Below the pieces are notes generated by a model. The model saw only the letters and a program-made list of their open reading frames with translations. It did no database searches and was not told the origin of the DNA. A stretch of 62,697 bases of DNA, counting the filler, from Choristocarpus tenellus KU-1152 (lineage: Eukaryota; Protista; Phaeophyceae), in the NCBI GenBank assembly GCA_964200185.2. It is 8 parts of 8 records of this genome, joined end to end, with 100 filler letters (N's around TTAATTAATTAA, not from the genome) between each part and the next. Parts side by side here need not be neighbours in the genome. Positions count along the whole stretch, not along the records: positions 18,101 to 36,486 come from CAXNAD020000560.1; positions 36,587 to 40,372 come from CAXNAD020017926.1; 6 more parts are not named here. One strand, given 5' to 3'. Shown one piece after another: positions 24,648-37,234 of this stretch (the stretch's first letter is position 1; each line of letters starts with the position of its first letter). Made by a program: the position numbers and the translations under genes.

Positions 24648-27600
24648 ATGAGATCCGAGTGGGAGGATCTGGATGGCAGCACCCCAAGTGGGACAGGGAC
24701 TGGAACGGACCTAATTGCCCCCTTTGATACCCCATATATAATACACATCTACAGGTGACGCGGGCATATCTTTATTTTACCTCAAGAGTCGTATCTGATC
24801 GCCGCGAACCCTATGATACTTTCCCCTTACTCCTAAACAAGAATCTGAGTGCCCTGACCAAACGAGTGTTTGCGCGAACCGCATGGCCTCCCCTCTGCTA
24901 CACAAGCCTGGACGGAAAGGAGAGACAAAGAGTTGCAAAGTCTCTACAGAAGCACTTTGGCAACGTCGGAGTGATCGCCGTTCCGCGGATTCTTCTTCGG
25001 GCAGAGCTGAAGGTATCTCCCTCTCGGCCACTAACACATCTGTACCTCAGAAACGCACACCCTACTCAATTAATGGGCATTATATGCGTCACTGCAAAGA
25101 CTTTGCTGGCCATTCGACTCAAGCAATGCCACTATAATTATTGGTGGGACAGCGTTTGTGTTGGCAGGGGTCATGAGGCAAGCAGGAGGCATGTTGGAAC
25201 CTGACAAAGACTTCACTCGTTTGATTGTGTAATTTCCCCCCCTCCATCCCCTTCCTATACGTCACAGGGGATCAAACTTGATGGTCATGACCGACCAGGC
25301 ATGATTGTACTATGCCATTACAACGAGGGAAGGGTGCTTCTGACCGATCAGGATGGCATGTATAATGATTTCATACTGGAAGCATGTCGGGTGACTGGTG
25401 AGGTGTCTGTGATTCAATGACGTGCAAGCACATCTGGGATTATAAGTGAAGCCTTGAAACTTATGTTGTCACTACGTTTTTTTCTTGGTTACCTGAGTTG
25501 TTCGCCCCCCGAATCACGTTTTCAACGTTGTCACCTGAACTTGGACGATTCCATCAAGTTTTCGAAACCTGCACTTCTCCCACTACAAATGCTAGCCACC
25601 AAACACCTAGCCATTTGATCCCATTCCCTCAACTCTGATTTCCCTGCCATGTGCCTATGCTACATATGTACAGGTGGAAATGTGTTTGTGGCCTTGTCAC
25701 CTGTGTCTACCTCCATCACAGCCCTGGCGAATGAGCGGCTTGTCACGGCTCTTGCTTACAGGTAGAGTTTGGTGATGGGTGTGAAGGGTGACACCCTGGG
25801 CTAGCTGAAACGATAGTTTTTTTTTGTGTCATGTGGTGTCTAAGTGCTCATAGGTAACGTGCCTTTGAAGCTCCCAGCCTGAGATCTTGCCTTGGCTCTA
25901 ACTGGGATATCTGATACATCTCAACAATATAGACAGATGTGTTTGTGATTGATTATATATGTGCCCTTTGATGTTTTTTGATGTTTGACTGTTCAACACC
26001 GTAGGACAAGTTCCATAACCGCTCTGATATTGATCTCATCCCAACATCATTCTCTACCCATACCCCTATGTCGAAGTATAGTCATCCCACACCTATCCTC
26101 TTTGGCACCCCTCTTTGCCTGCAACATGCAGTGGTGGTCAGCAAGGCTTACTGTCTATCCACATTCAGCGAAGATTTCTAACCTGGGTAAAAACACCCAG
26201 CGAGACACAGCTGCAGTTATTGAGCATGGCCATGAGAGGGGAGGCCTCTGCACTAGTGGTACGATAGTTTAGGCAATTTTGACCCCCTCCATAGTGCTAT
26301 TTTTGGAGTAGTTTCAGCTGCATGTCGTTTTTCTTGTAATTTTTTTTAACTATAGTTCAACTCTTGGTCTACCTCTGGGTGTATCAGAAGTCTTTCACTG
26401 TAAGCAATACAACCTCTATTGTTGTATTTGTTGTACTCTTTGCCTATATCTTTCTTATTTATCTCCCCACGACAACATCTGCAACTTGTCGGTGGGCATA
26501 TATAATAGTTAATATGTACTAAGTAGAAATTGTAATAGTTAATATGTACTGAGTAGAAATTATAATAGTTAATATGTACTAAGTAGAAATTGTGATAGTT
26601 AGCATGTACTGAGTAGAAATTGTAATAGTTAGCATGTACTGAGTAGAAATTATAATAGTTAATAGGTACTAAGTAGAAATTGTGATAGTTAGCAGGTACT
26701 AAATAGAAATTGTAATAGTTAATATGTACTGAATAGAAATTGTAATAGTTAATATGTACTAAGTAGAAATTGTAATAGTTAATAGGTACTAAGTAGAAAT
26801 TGTAATAGTTATTATGTACTGAATAGAAATTGTAAAAGTTATTAGGTACTGAATAGAAATTGTAATAGTTAATAGGTACTAAGTAGAAATTGTAATAGTT
26901 AATAGGTACTAAGTAGAAACTGTAATAGTTAATATGTACTGAATAGAAATTGTAAGAGTTAATAGGTACTAAGTAGAAATTGTGATAGTTAATATGTACT
27001 GAATAGAAATTGTAATAGTTAATAGGTACTAAGTAGAAATTGTAATAGTTAATATGTACTGAATAGAAATTGTAAGAGTTAATAGGTACTAAGTAGAAAT
27101 TGTGATAGTTAGCATGTACTGAGTAGAAATTGTAATAGTTAATAGGTACTGAGTAGAAATTGTAATAGTTAATATGTACTGAATAGAAATTGTAATAGTT
27201 AATAGGTACTGAATAGAAATTGTAAGAGTTAATATGTACTGAATAGAAATTGTAAGAGTTAATAGGTACTAAGTAGAAATTGTAATAGTTAATATGTACT
27301 GAATAGAAATTGTAAGAGTTAATAGGTACAAAGTAGAAATTGTGATAGTTAGCATGTACTGAGTAGAAATTGTAATAGTTAATAGGTACTGAATAGAAAT
27401 TGTAATAATGTGCTTTGGCAGCACTAAATGGATGTATTTCTCGCATTGTGCTCAAGGGTTAGAATCACAGCTGGGGTCATCTGTAGATAGTGATGATAAG
27501 GGAAATTAGGAGGACGGATACATTTTTTTTTTCTTATCCTGGTGTATTGTGTAGATCTTTCAACATTCAGGACAAAGGGCGCCCCGTCCATCTCTTTTGG

Positions 27601-28513
27601 GAGGTTCCTTTTGGACCTGATTGGATAAAGGCACCAATCTGGCCGACTCTGCTCTGCCTCATCCTCAATTTATATTCACCAACTCTTTCCTACCTACAGT
27701 AATGTTTTGGTAATACAACTTTCTTCGCCCAGCCAAAATCGATACAGTACCATAGTTTTAGTACATGTACATCATTAGTGGTCACACAGTTGTGTCGGCC
27801 TCTTGTTTTGAGGGGTCACAATATATAGTAATAGCTGATGAATAGTAATAGCTAGTGCTGCCCAAGAAGGGATCCTCCAGGAGTGGAGTCCAACTACACC
27901 TGGTGGAAGTTGTTCATTGAAGAAGTGTTGGCGGTTTCTTTTCAATGATGATGTTTAGTGTGGCCTGCCTCACATAAGACATAATTGCCTCCAGTGTAGC
28001 ATTGGTAATTTCATCTTTCTTCCTCTGGTGCTGGCAATATGTTCCTTGTGGTGTGATATTAATAATGATAAAATTGAAAAGTGCAATTTAGAGGAGCATT
28101 GTATTTATTTGCTAAAGTGTGGCGCTGGTAGGGCTATTCTGTGCCTCATCTCCCCTCCTTGTCAGTGTATTGAGTGTTCCTAGCAAAGGCTCCCTTTATC
28201 TCCTGCATCAGCCCGCTTCAGACTGAACCTCGGAAACATCACATTATCTTATTTTTGTTGCATAGGTTTTGTATAGGTTGGGAGGAGAGGAGTGAGTGTT
28301 GATAGGTGAGGGTGCCATCAAAACTATCGAAGGATACAGATAAAGTGTGGCATACTCCCCACCTTTTATACTATTTTTTCCTCTTCTTACTTGCTTTGCT
28401 GCTCATTTTCCTATTTTTTCTCTTCAAATCCTTGTTAACAGGTGCCTGCATCTGTGTTGGAATATTCTGGACAACGCCGGTGGACTACTCTTTCTTTCTG
28501 CAGTGTACTATAA
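24648..28513 (+). CDS. Uncharacterised 209-aa protein, possible TIR/flavodoxin-like alpha/beta domain, C-terminal CaaX (CSVL); exons 24648-24754, 24907-25012, 25268-25397, 25674-25761, 26132-26258, 28442-28513
   Basis: Six GT-AG exons join with consistent phases (2,0,1,2,0) into an uninterrupted frame: ...PYIIHIYSLDGKERQRVAKSLQKHF...PGMIVLCHYNEGRVLLTDQDGMYNDFILEACRVTGGNVFVALS...RRFLTWVKTPSETQLQLL...TTLSFCSVL*. The last exon is less certain; an alternative stop lies at 26267. Confidence 0.7.
26501..27407. repeat. Minisatellite: 30 copies of a 30-bp unit (tgtaatagttaata(t/g)gtact(g/a)a(g/a)tagaaat)
   Basis: Exact 30-nt register with no indels and substitutions at a few fixed positions. The minus strand is open throughout (ORF 26346-27455). 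Confidence 0.97.
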
Positions 28514-31500
28514 TGCATCTATTCCCCTACAGCCCACTACAGAATGGACATGTACAGTAATAGTGTGAAGAGTGGATCAGACATGAGCAATGTAGTATAT
28601 GTTTGTATGTATATATATATCACAGCGACTGGGACATAATGTTGGTCACACCCAGCTGTTCTAATACAAGTTAGGGATTGGGACAGTTGACCCTCTCACA
28701 ATTTTCCCTCTGCAAGTCCTGCAGGTAAATCACCCTGTCGTCAAGTGAGGTGTCTCCAAGTGTGTTTTGAGTTGAGCAAAAATGTACCGAACCAAGTGTA
28801 TTTTTGGAACAGGTTGTTGAAGATTACATAGGTCTATGTTGCTGATGTTTGAACAATTTTGTTTCATGTTGAGTAAGTTGCATATAATGCAAGTGTCGTA
28901 ACTTCCTTCCATGACGCTAGTTGCTGGCTGTTACAACACACTCTAGAGATGTCCGGGTGTTGGGTGCTCTCTTGCATAATCTTCTTACAATCATTTCTGG
29001 ATTGTAGTGTGGTACTGAGAATTGAGTTGAGTACCTAGCAACTGCCAAGTGATAAAAAAATATTGTCAGTGTTCTCAAGGCTCACTCCAGACTTAATTGC
29101 CTGACTTTTCACAGCACTAGTGTGTGCTGTATACTGGTGAATGACTGTTGTTATCATAGGTAGTCATCAGTGGGGTGGAATGAAGGCTGGGGAGTAGGTA
29201 TCGGAGGTGAAAGCATCATGTGGTATGGTGGGATGTGCACAAGTCCATTTTTGTTTTTGTCTCCTCTATACCTCTGTGTATGGCTTCCGTTTTTTTGTAC
29301 TTGATAGTGGCGGTTGACTCCTTGCTATAGGTAATATATGGATCGTTATATATAAATGACATGATTATATCTTTAAATTATGAGGGTGAGACTTACCTAC
29401 AACCTTTCCGGAAGATCTGCAGTGCAGTCCTCAAGAATCTTTGCGAGCCCTTGCCGTGCATCAAATTGTTTTATTGCCATGTACGTAGCCACCAAAAATG
29501 TATTTTTTAATCTAAAAGTTTTTGTTGTGGCTAGTATTGCTGTGTTTGTACCACAGCCAGGTTCCACTCTACTATTGTAACTACCTGTGCCATATGGTTA
29601 TCTTCACAACTTCATCCGACTCTCTCAACTCACTCCAGTACAGTCACTCTGGGGTTTCACCATCCAAAGTGGGAATGGAAGGCACTACTGTAGGTACCTC
29701 ATCTTAATATTCTTATTATTAATAGTACAAGACTTCATAGGACCACTTCACTACAGTCAGTCACTTTTGTAGGGCAATCCATCTGTTGTTGTCCATGTTA
29801 CAGACTTTCCCAACCATGGAGGACAAGAAAATGTGTTGATATTGCTTGGTACCTTTCTTTGTACTACTTGCCTGTGCAATGAGGCATGTTTGATGTTCGT
29901 TCAAGCATTTAGTTCAAGAACGGCTCACTATAGTTACAGGTCACAAACATGAATTTCCTTTTACGCGGAAAGCTGTGAGTGTGAAAAGAGCTCATGGCGG
30001 TATGTACTATTGAGAAATCACTTTCATCGGTGTATGTGTAAATTAGCGATGTTCTATTTCGTTGACAGTAATATCTGATTTGGGCTAAAAATTGTTATCC
30101 AGGAGATTTTTCGGGTATAGTGGTACCAGTAACTTCGCCCCCTAACCCTGGGGTTGTCCCATCATAACTTTTGATGTAGGTATCGGATTAAAAAATTAAA
30201 AGCCTATTCGTGATGACCGTCACAATGTCCTACAGAGTACGGGCATCATTTTTCTTCGCCATTTTTTCTTTTTTTGAAGAAAGACCGCTCATATTGGATT
30301 TCGAAACCTGGATTGTAGGTCACCTAGAGTGGCAACAGATGCACTATAACTTGATTAAAGTGTAAGGTTTAGACAGGAAAAAGCCTCCCCCATCCTTTCT
30401 TCCTTTGTGTTCGCGCACCCATTCTTTGACCTCGACAAGGATGTCCTCGTCGACACCCAAAACGAAACGCCTCTCACAGCGCCCTTGCCCCAACCCGAGC
30501 GGCAAAAGGGAAAAAGGAACAATTATCCTCACACAACCTAGAGACACAAATAGATCGACTATTCCAAGGAAATATTCGCTGATCAACGCAACTACCACCT
30601 TAATAAAAGATTAGGTATTTTCCAGACAACGACCCACATAGCAAATGGAGTCAGCCACTCCCCAAAAAACAGGTGCCACAAACCAATTGGTCCCATCATT
30701 AGTAACATATAAACAGAAATCATAACCACTTGTGGATGACACATCTTTTTATAGGAAGATTTTTCCTTCTCGCCAGCAGAGTGTATTGCCTTCTTCAGAC
30801 AAACTTCTCGAACACAGGTCTGTAAATTCCTCACAGTATATTCTTAAAAAGTAAGTGCCCTACTTTAGAGGTGAAACAATGATAGAGTTAATGTGTATCC
30901 CCTGAATCAAACCAACCCTGCCGCCGAAGAGTAAAAGAGACGGAAATCGAAGTATTGCGTTTGTTAGACAAAAAACAAAATGGAGCAAATTGCTCTAATC
31001 ATTTCCAAGACAAAACAACCTTTGGGACAAAGTCTAATGATACACAGCAAGCAATACAGTTAAGCATTTACATTCAGGTGCAACATGAAATGGACAGACA
31101 TACAACAGGTGGTGTACGCATTGTCTTAGATCGCAAGTTCTGTGGTTAACCTAATGTTGGCAAAACGTTGTCTTGGATATATATGCAGATTTTGAGAAGG
31201 ATCAAGTACAGAAACATCACAAGAACTCCAAGCAGGCACCAGGGAATGGGGAACCTAGAAACACTTCCTATCAAAAGTACAGTACAGCGAATTACTCTTA
31301 TGTCATAGCTGAGAACTAGTCAATTTGTGGAGAAGATGTTTGCACAATGTTTTTTGTAGTGTGGGTGTATTGGAATCCCTGTCTGGTTGGTTCCATCTAC
31401 TCAATACCGACCCCCTTACTGGGCGAGTATTGTTCATCACCATCCACTCCTCTGAGCCAGGATGTTTCCATGAATACTCGATTTTGCTCGTGGCAAAATG

Positions 31501-32053
31501 TGGCTTGTATGTGATGCACACACCTACGACCCCCTGCTGCTACAGGTGTCCACATGCATGATAAGCATAATTCCAAGTAAAAACCATGGAACCCTCGGGT
31601 CTAGTTTAACACCTCTTGATCGTCCAATGTAACAATCAAAAGGCATCAACCAAGCCAAGCAAGACAACTATGTCGTCCATGCCTACTCTACCTCCTACTC
31701 TACTGGTGTGACACCTAATATCATAACACACTAGAGTGGTATCACAGGAGTAGGTACACCCGTATCCTACTCAGCACTTTAGTGGTCAGTGCTCAGCAGA
31801 GGTAATGCTGTTTTTTTTCCCAAAGTCTACCAAACATGAAGTCCTGACAGGGGCAATTCCCCCTACTACGGTATTTGTTCACTGTTCATCTTGTCTACCT
31901 GTAAATTATGGGCTTGCTTGGTGAGCCACCCGCCTCTCTCTGTGGAAAACCGAACGGTAGGCATATAGACCCCTCCTCACCATCCCTTGTGACCTCAAGG
32001 CCAACCAAGTCCACGTGTTTCATGCCACAGCACTACTAAAATAACTCTCATGC

Positions 32054-35000
32054 CTACATGTACTGTCCCTGTCCGCCCAGCATACCCTGGTCATACGCTG
32101 CTGCAGTCTCCTCTGCAGTCATTTCCACAGGGATCTCTGAGATAACGCATTCAGTAGTGAGGACCAGGGCAGCCACACTGGCACTGTTCTCAACAGCACT
32201 GATGGTTACCTGACAATTGTATTAATAGATCGACAGGAAGGAGTTACAATGCTAGTCGTTCTTGATACGATTGAACCTTCATCACCAAATTCTGTCAACC
32301 TTGATTCCGCTCCATTGCAATATGTACAGAAAAAGGTTTTCGATTAATCCATTCTTGCTGTGATTTATGTACTATTGGTAATACTTTAAATCCTGGAGTA
32401 ACTTGTCAACAGGACCTATTAAACCCTAAATTGTTCAGAGTGAGAATACTGAACAATTAAAATTGGATCAGCAAAGGAACACTCCATGCAAAAATAATCG
32501 TACCAAGTCCTGCCTTTGCTCTCCTCCATTGTGATGTAAAAAATACACATATTTTTGTTCACATATTTGTGATAAAATTTGAATGAAATTATTGATACAG
32601 CTGTGAAAAATGGCATGAAATGAACACCGAACTCTCTAGATACAGGTGGCATCAAGATACAACCGATCTCCTTATAATCATTTCTCGATTCAATGTACCA
32701 AGTTTGGGTGAGCATGAACAACAATTATCACCTACACAGAGTACAATGACTCAAGTTTGCAGAGATATCACAGCTACATTTTTCATGTGAGCAAGGCAAT
32801 ACTAGTACTTCAAGTGCTCATGTAGTAAAATCAATCTCACCTTAGCAGGGTCAATGACGCCTGCCTCTAGTAGATTGCAGTACTCTCCATTGGCAGCATT
32901 GTACCCATATCCAAATTCTTTGTCCAGGCACTTCGAGTACACAATTCCTCCCTCAACACCTTCACCAATCGAATGAAGATAGAGCCAAAAAGGTTAGGTA
33001 CGAAATGGATAATTTTGTTCCTGATGACAGTACATCTAAGCTTCAATGAGACATGGAAAAAATTGTGCATTTCTTGTTCTAACAGATCAAAGTTCTTTCA
33101 AGAGGCACAGTAGTTGATAACCCTAACTAACCCTAACCCTAACCCTAACTGTTGCACCAGCTGATTCTATAATCCTTCAGCAGTCCTCAACTCAATGTTA
33201 ATCAGACATCGGAAGTTGACACTTGTGAGCTTGCAACAATACAATCAAAGATTGTCACTGCGTAACAACAGCAAAAGATCTCTTCCCACTCCACAAATGG
33301 AATCAAAAATTGATGTGGAAGGTTACACCACCAAAGCTTTGCATGCAATACTATGATACCCGAAAACATTGAAGGGAGAGTGTCACTGTCAAAAGTACTG
33401 TTGAAAGAAAAAAATAAATTAGGAAAATATCCCAAACTCTGATAAACTAAAATGTATGCTACGCCCCTAAAATCCCACCTGCATTGTCTGCAATCTGCTT
33501 CATGGGAGCAGCAAGTGAACGCATAAGGATGTTAACACCAGCTATCTTGTCATCACCTTCCACCCTCTTGCAGTACTCATCACCTGAAACACAACCAATG
33601 GGTTAGTAAAAAAAGTATCGTGTACGCATCTTTTGTCAGTCAGTACACCACAGTGTGGTTACTTGTGTAATTCATCAAAACAATTTGTTTTTCACAGCTT
33701 TGAAGGTAGCAAAAGGGTGACTACCATATGGAAAGTGTACAGTAAGGTAAGGTATATGATACAAACGAAGTATGCAAGGTGTCCACTACAACTTGTAAAC
33801 ATCAGAGGCGACATTCAGTAACCCTACTATTTCTCACCCTTCCGCTGCAGGAAGCTGAGACAAGCACCCCCACCAGGCACCACCCCCATCTCCAAGGCTG
33901 ATCTAACCGAGTTGAGAGCGTCCTCATAACGCAGCTTTTTGTCCTTTAGCTCTGTCTCAGTTGCTGCACCCACCTGTCAGACGAGTGACAAAAATGGCAT
34001 ACATGTCCCACAAAATGAAGTACAAGAGAAGGATTAATTGAGGGGAAAAGTTAATACTTTACATACTGTACAACAAACAGTACACCTTTTGCCATCACCC
34101 AACATGACATTGAAATCTTGAACTTGTTTGGAGACATATTGGTTGAGAACATCTTGGACTGGACTGGTACCATGTATAGCAAAGCCTTGGGCATATTGAA
34201 ACACTGCTGAAATGAAGGAATACAATTTGTCAATAACAGCACATTATGCTCCAACTTGGTAGAGGTACAGAAATTGAGATTTTGTTAAAATATGCTCAGG
34301 TTTTAATCACAACAAAAAAGGGTCAAAATACCTAACAGCACACTTATTGGATCAGACAAAAATATCATCACAATTCATTACACTGAATATATCTGGGTGG
34401 CGGTCACTATTTAATTAATAATAAAACAAAGGACTCATGCAAATAGCCAAACAAACACTGCACCAATGACGAATAGCTGAAGCAACTAGTCCAAAAAGGA
34501 ATGGACAGATTAAATAAAAGATTAGGGTTGGAGTTACCAGATCAATTGAATTAAACACACTTGCTTGAACACAGACCAAAATTGTTGTATAAAGTACATT
34601 TGTTTAGTCACCTTGATGCGAGCAATTCCTCCACCCAGAGCGGCGACCCGCTCATCGCACTTCTCCATATCAAACTTGAAAAATAAAACAAGTAAACATC
34701 GGTATCAACAGCAACAGATAAAACATTTGGTGAGTATTAAAGAAAACACACACACACCAAACACAGCAATGCCTACACTAACTTGTGATCGAACAAGCTA
34801 TTTCCAGTGAAGATTATACAACCAGCAGGCACAGTAAACCAACAAACCATCAGCAAAACAAAGCTGTTACACTGCAAGGTTAACTCCAAACGGTTTCCTC
34901 AAAGTGCCCCAATGAAACAACTACAGTAGCAACATGCTCATATCCCAATTTAAGTTTGAGTTGTTCAGTTTGATTCCATCTTCTTCCAAACCCTGACTCT

Positions 35001-36486
35001 CAACATAATATTTGGCACAGATACTTCTACTTGCATTTGACTATTATTCAAACATCAACCAAGTGTCAACACAAGTACCAACAGTTAACCTACAATTATC
35101 CACTTGAGCCTTGTTCAAGTGTGGCAAAGAGCAACAAAGTCGACTTGGAACAAACCTGACTGTCAGTAGCAGCTTTTTCTGCCCGGATAAGAGCAATCCT
35201 TTTGGTAATTGCATCTTGGTTCCGTCCATCAGTGACAATTGTTGTCTGCTCCTTGGTGACAACAACACGTTCTGCAGATCCAAGCATCTCAGGGGTTACC
35301 TGCCAACAGGGACATTAAACAACTGATTAACAGCTGGGACATCACCAGATTCAGCAACACACAATTATATCCAAGCCAATAACACGATCCGCAACTGTCT
35401 TCATCACGATCAATAAATCCATATAAAATACTGTACAGAGGGTATACTCTACCACTGACATCCCTACCAAAAGGTCAGTATGTATGGCACAATGTAAGAG
35501 TATTGCAAATGATATAACAAATTTCTCAATCTGAAAGCAAGGCACTCAACTCAAATCTCAGACCACTCCATAGCCCCACTTGGAAACCATACCAAAGATC
35601 TTGCCTCTGGTACTGCTTCAAATTTTTCATGATGTCATGATCAACCAAAATAAATCAAGTGATCATTCACCAAACAAAACAGCCAATCAGATGCCAAGAC
35701 TGGTGAAACACTTGGTAACTGTGCCAGTCCTAACCTGGTCTAGTGTAAGTCCAACCTCCTCCGCAATGTAGGTGGATCCTGTAGCAATAGCAATGTCCTG
35801 CAGATAGTTCTTACGACGCTCACCAAATGCTGGAGCCTTGATAGCTACCTGAAGATAAGTTTACATTAGAGGAATGAGGAAACAAAAGCCAGGCATGTGC
35901 CATCAGAGGTTGAGCGAGAGACCGGCACTATCTAACATGCACGGCAAAAACATTTTTTTAAAACATTATTAAAAAACATTATTAGGTCCATCTTCAGGGT
36001 CAAAAATCAACCTGAAGATGTTAAAAGTTGAAAACACAGAATGTTCTTGTCTTAGCCCCCATTGTTACTGTTGTTGCAAAACTATACATACAAATATCTA
36101 ACCGAGATTAGCAATAAAAAAGGTAACTGCCAACATATTACATAAAATAAAGTCAAATCAAACAAAGCCACAATGTAATCAATGCTAGTGCTACGTACCA
36201 ATCACACTTGACAAGCTTGAGGAAAAATCAAAATAGATCAAGGTGATGTTATCAAGGCGTTGGAGAGAAACCACTTATGATGACAAAAGCAAAGCAACAG
36301 TTGAAAATTCCATAGTATGATATTTGGTACTATGGTTGTTAGTATGATTGTTAGTACTTAATTTATAAGATGTAAAACTAAGACTAACGGCAAAGATTAA
36401 GATAAAGATGAAGATATACTCTGTAAGGCGTACCACATCAAGGACGCCCCTCATCTTGTTCACCACTAGGGCAGACAATGCCTCTC
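32054..36486 (-). CDS. cpn60: Chaperonin 60 (GroEL family, probably nucleus-encoded plastid Cpn60), 5' part missing; exons 36486-36434, 35848-35735, 35299-35156, 34674-34612, 33973-33838, 33583-33479, 32959-32841, 32209-32054
   Basis: [17 protein letters not shown]|[24 protein letters not shown]...|[36 protein letters not shown]...|GVIDPAK|[21 protein letters not shown]...GQYM*. All introns are GT-AG and phases are consistent. Confidence 0.96.
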
Positions 36487-37183
36487 NNNNNNNNNNNNNN
36501 NNNNNNNNNNNNNNNNNNNNNNNNNNNNNNTTAATTAATTAANNNNNNNNNNNNNNNNNNNNNNNNNNNNNNNNNNNNNNNNNNNNATAATTAGTTGGTC
36601 TTTAGGAAGTTTAGAAAAAGTTAAATGGAAAAAATCAATTTCTCTTGGCAGTTCCCAGGTTGTGTAGAGGTTATCTCTGAAGTTATAAAGATATATATTT
36701 ATGTATATTTTGATTTGACTACTAACTTGCTTTAACAGTGTATGTAAGTTTGTATAAGCAGGACGTGTGTTTTGTTTGTTAATGGAAGGCAGAGGGATCA
36801 AGCAGACTGTATGGATGGGGAATGTTTTCGTGTGTGTAAGTGCAACCAAAAAAAAAGAAGACGTATTCAGTTAGAATCATGATGTGGGAGGGAGTTTGTG
36901 AAGCAAGTGTCTACAAGTGAGGTGGTGTGGCTAAATCTTACGCGGAGTGTACAAGTCTGAGAAGAACAGACCAAATCATTCCCTCGATTTTAATGCTCCT
37001 TGTTGGTTATTCGATTTGTTCCAATTTTATCTCTACGGTTCACAACACTGCCTAACCCTAACCCTAACCCTAACTTCAAGTGCTGTAATCTTTTAGTAAC
37101 GTTATCACTACCGTGTTATAGAAGAGAGTTTCCTTTATACCCTTTGTCCTGCCTCTGTTCGTACAACATAATTTAACCTTCCT

Positions 37184-37234
<51 letters not shown>

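Noticed and set aside
26501-27407. CRISPR array
   Set aside because: Units are contiguous 30-mers with no unique spacers, there are no cas genes, and the context is eukaryotic. It is a minisatellite.
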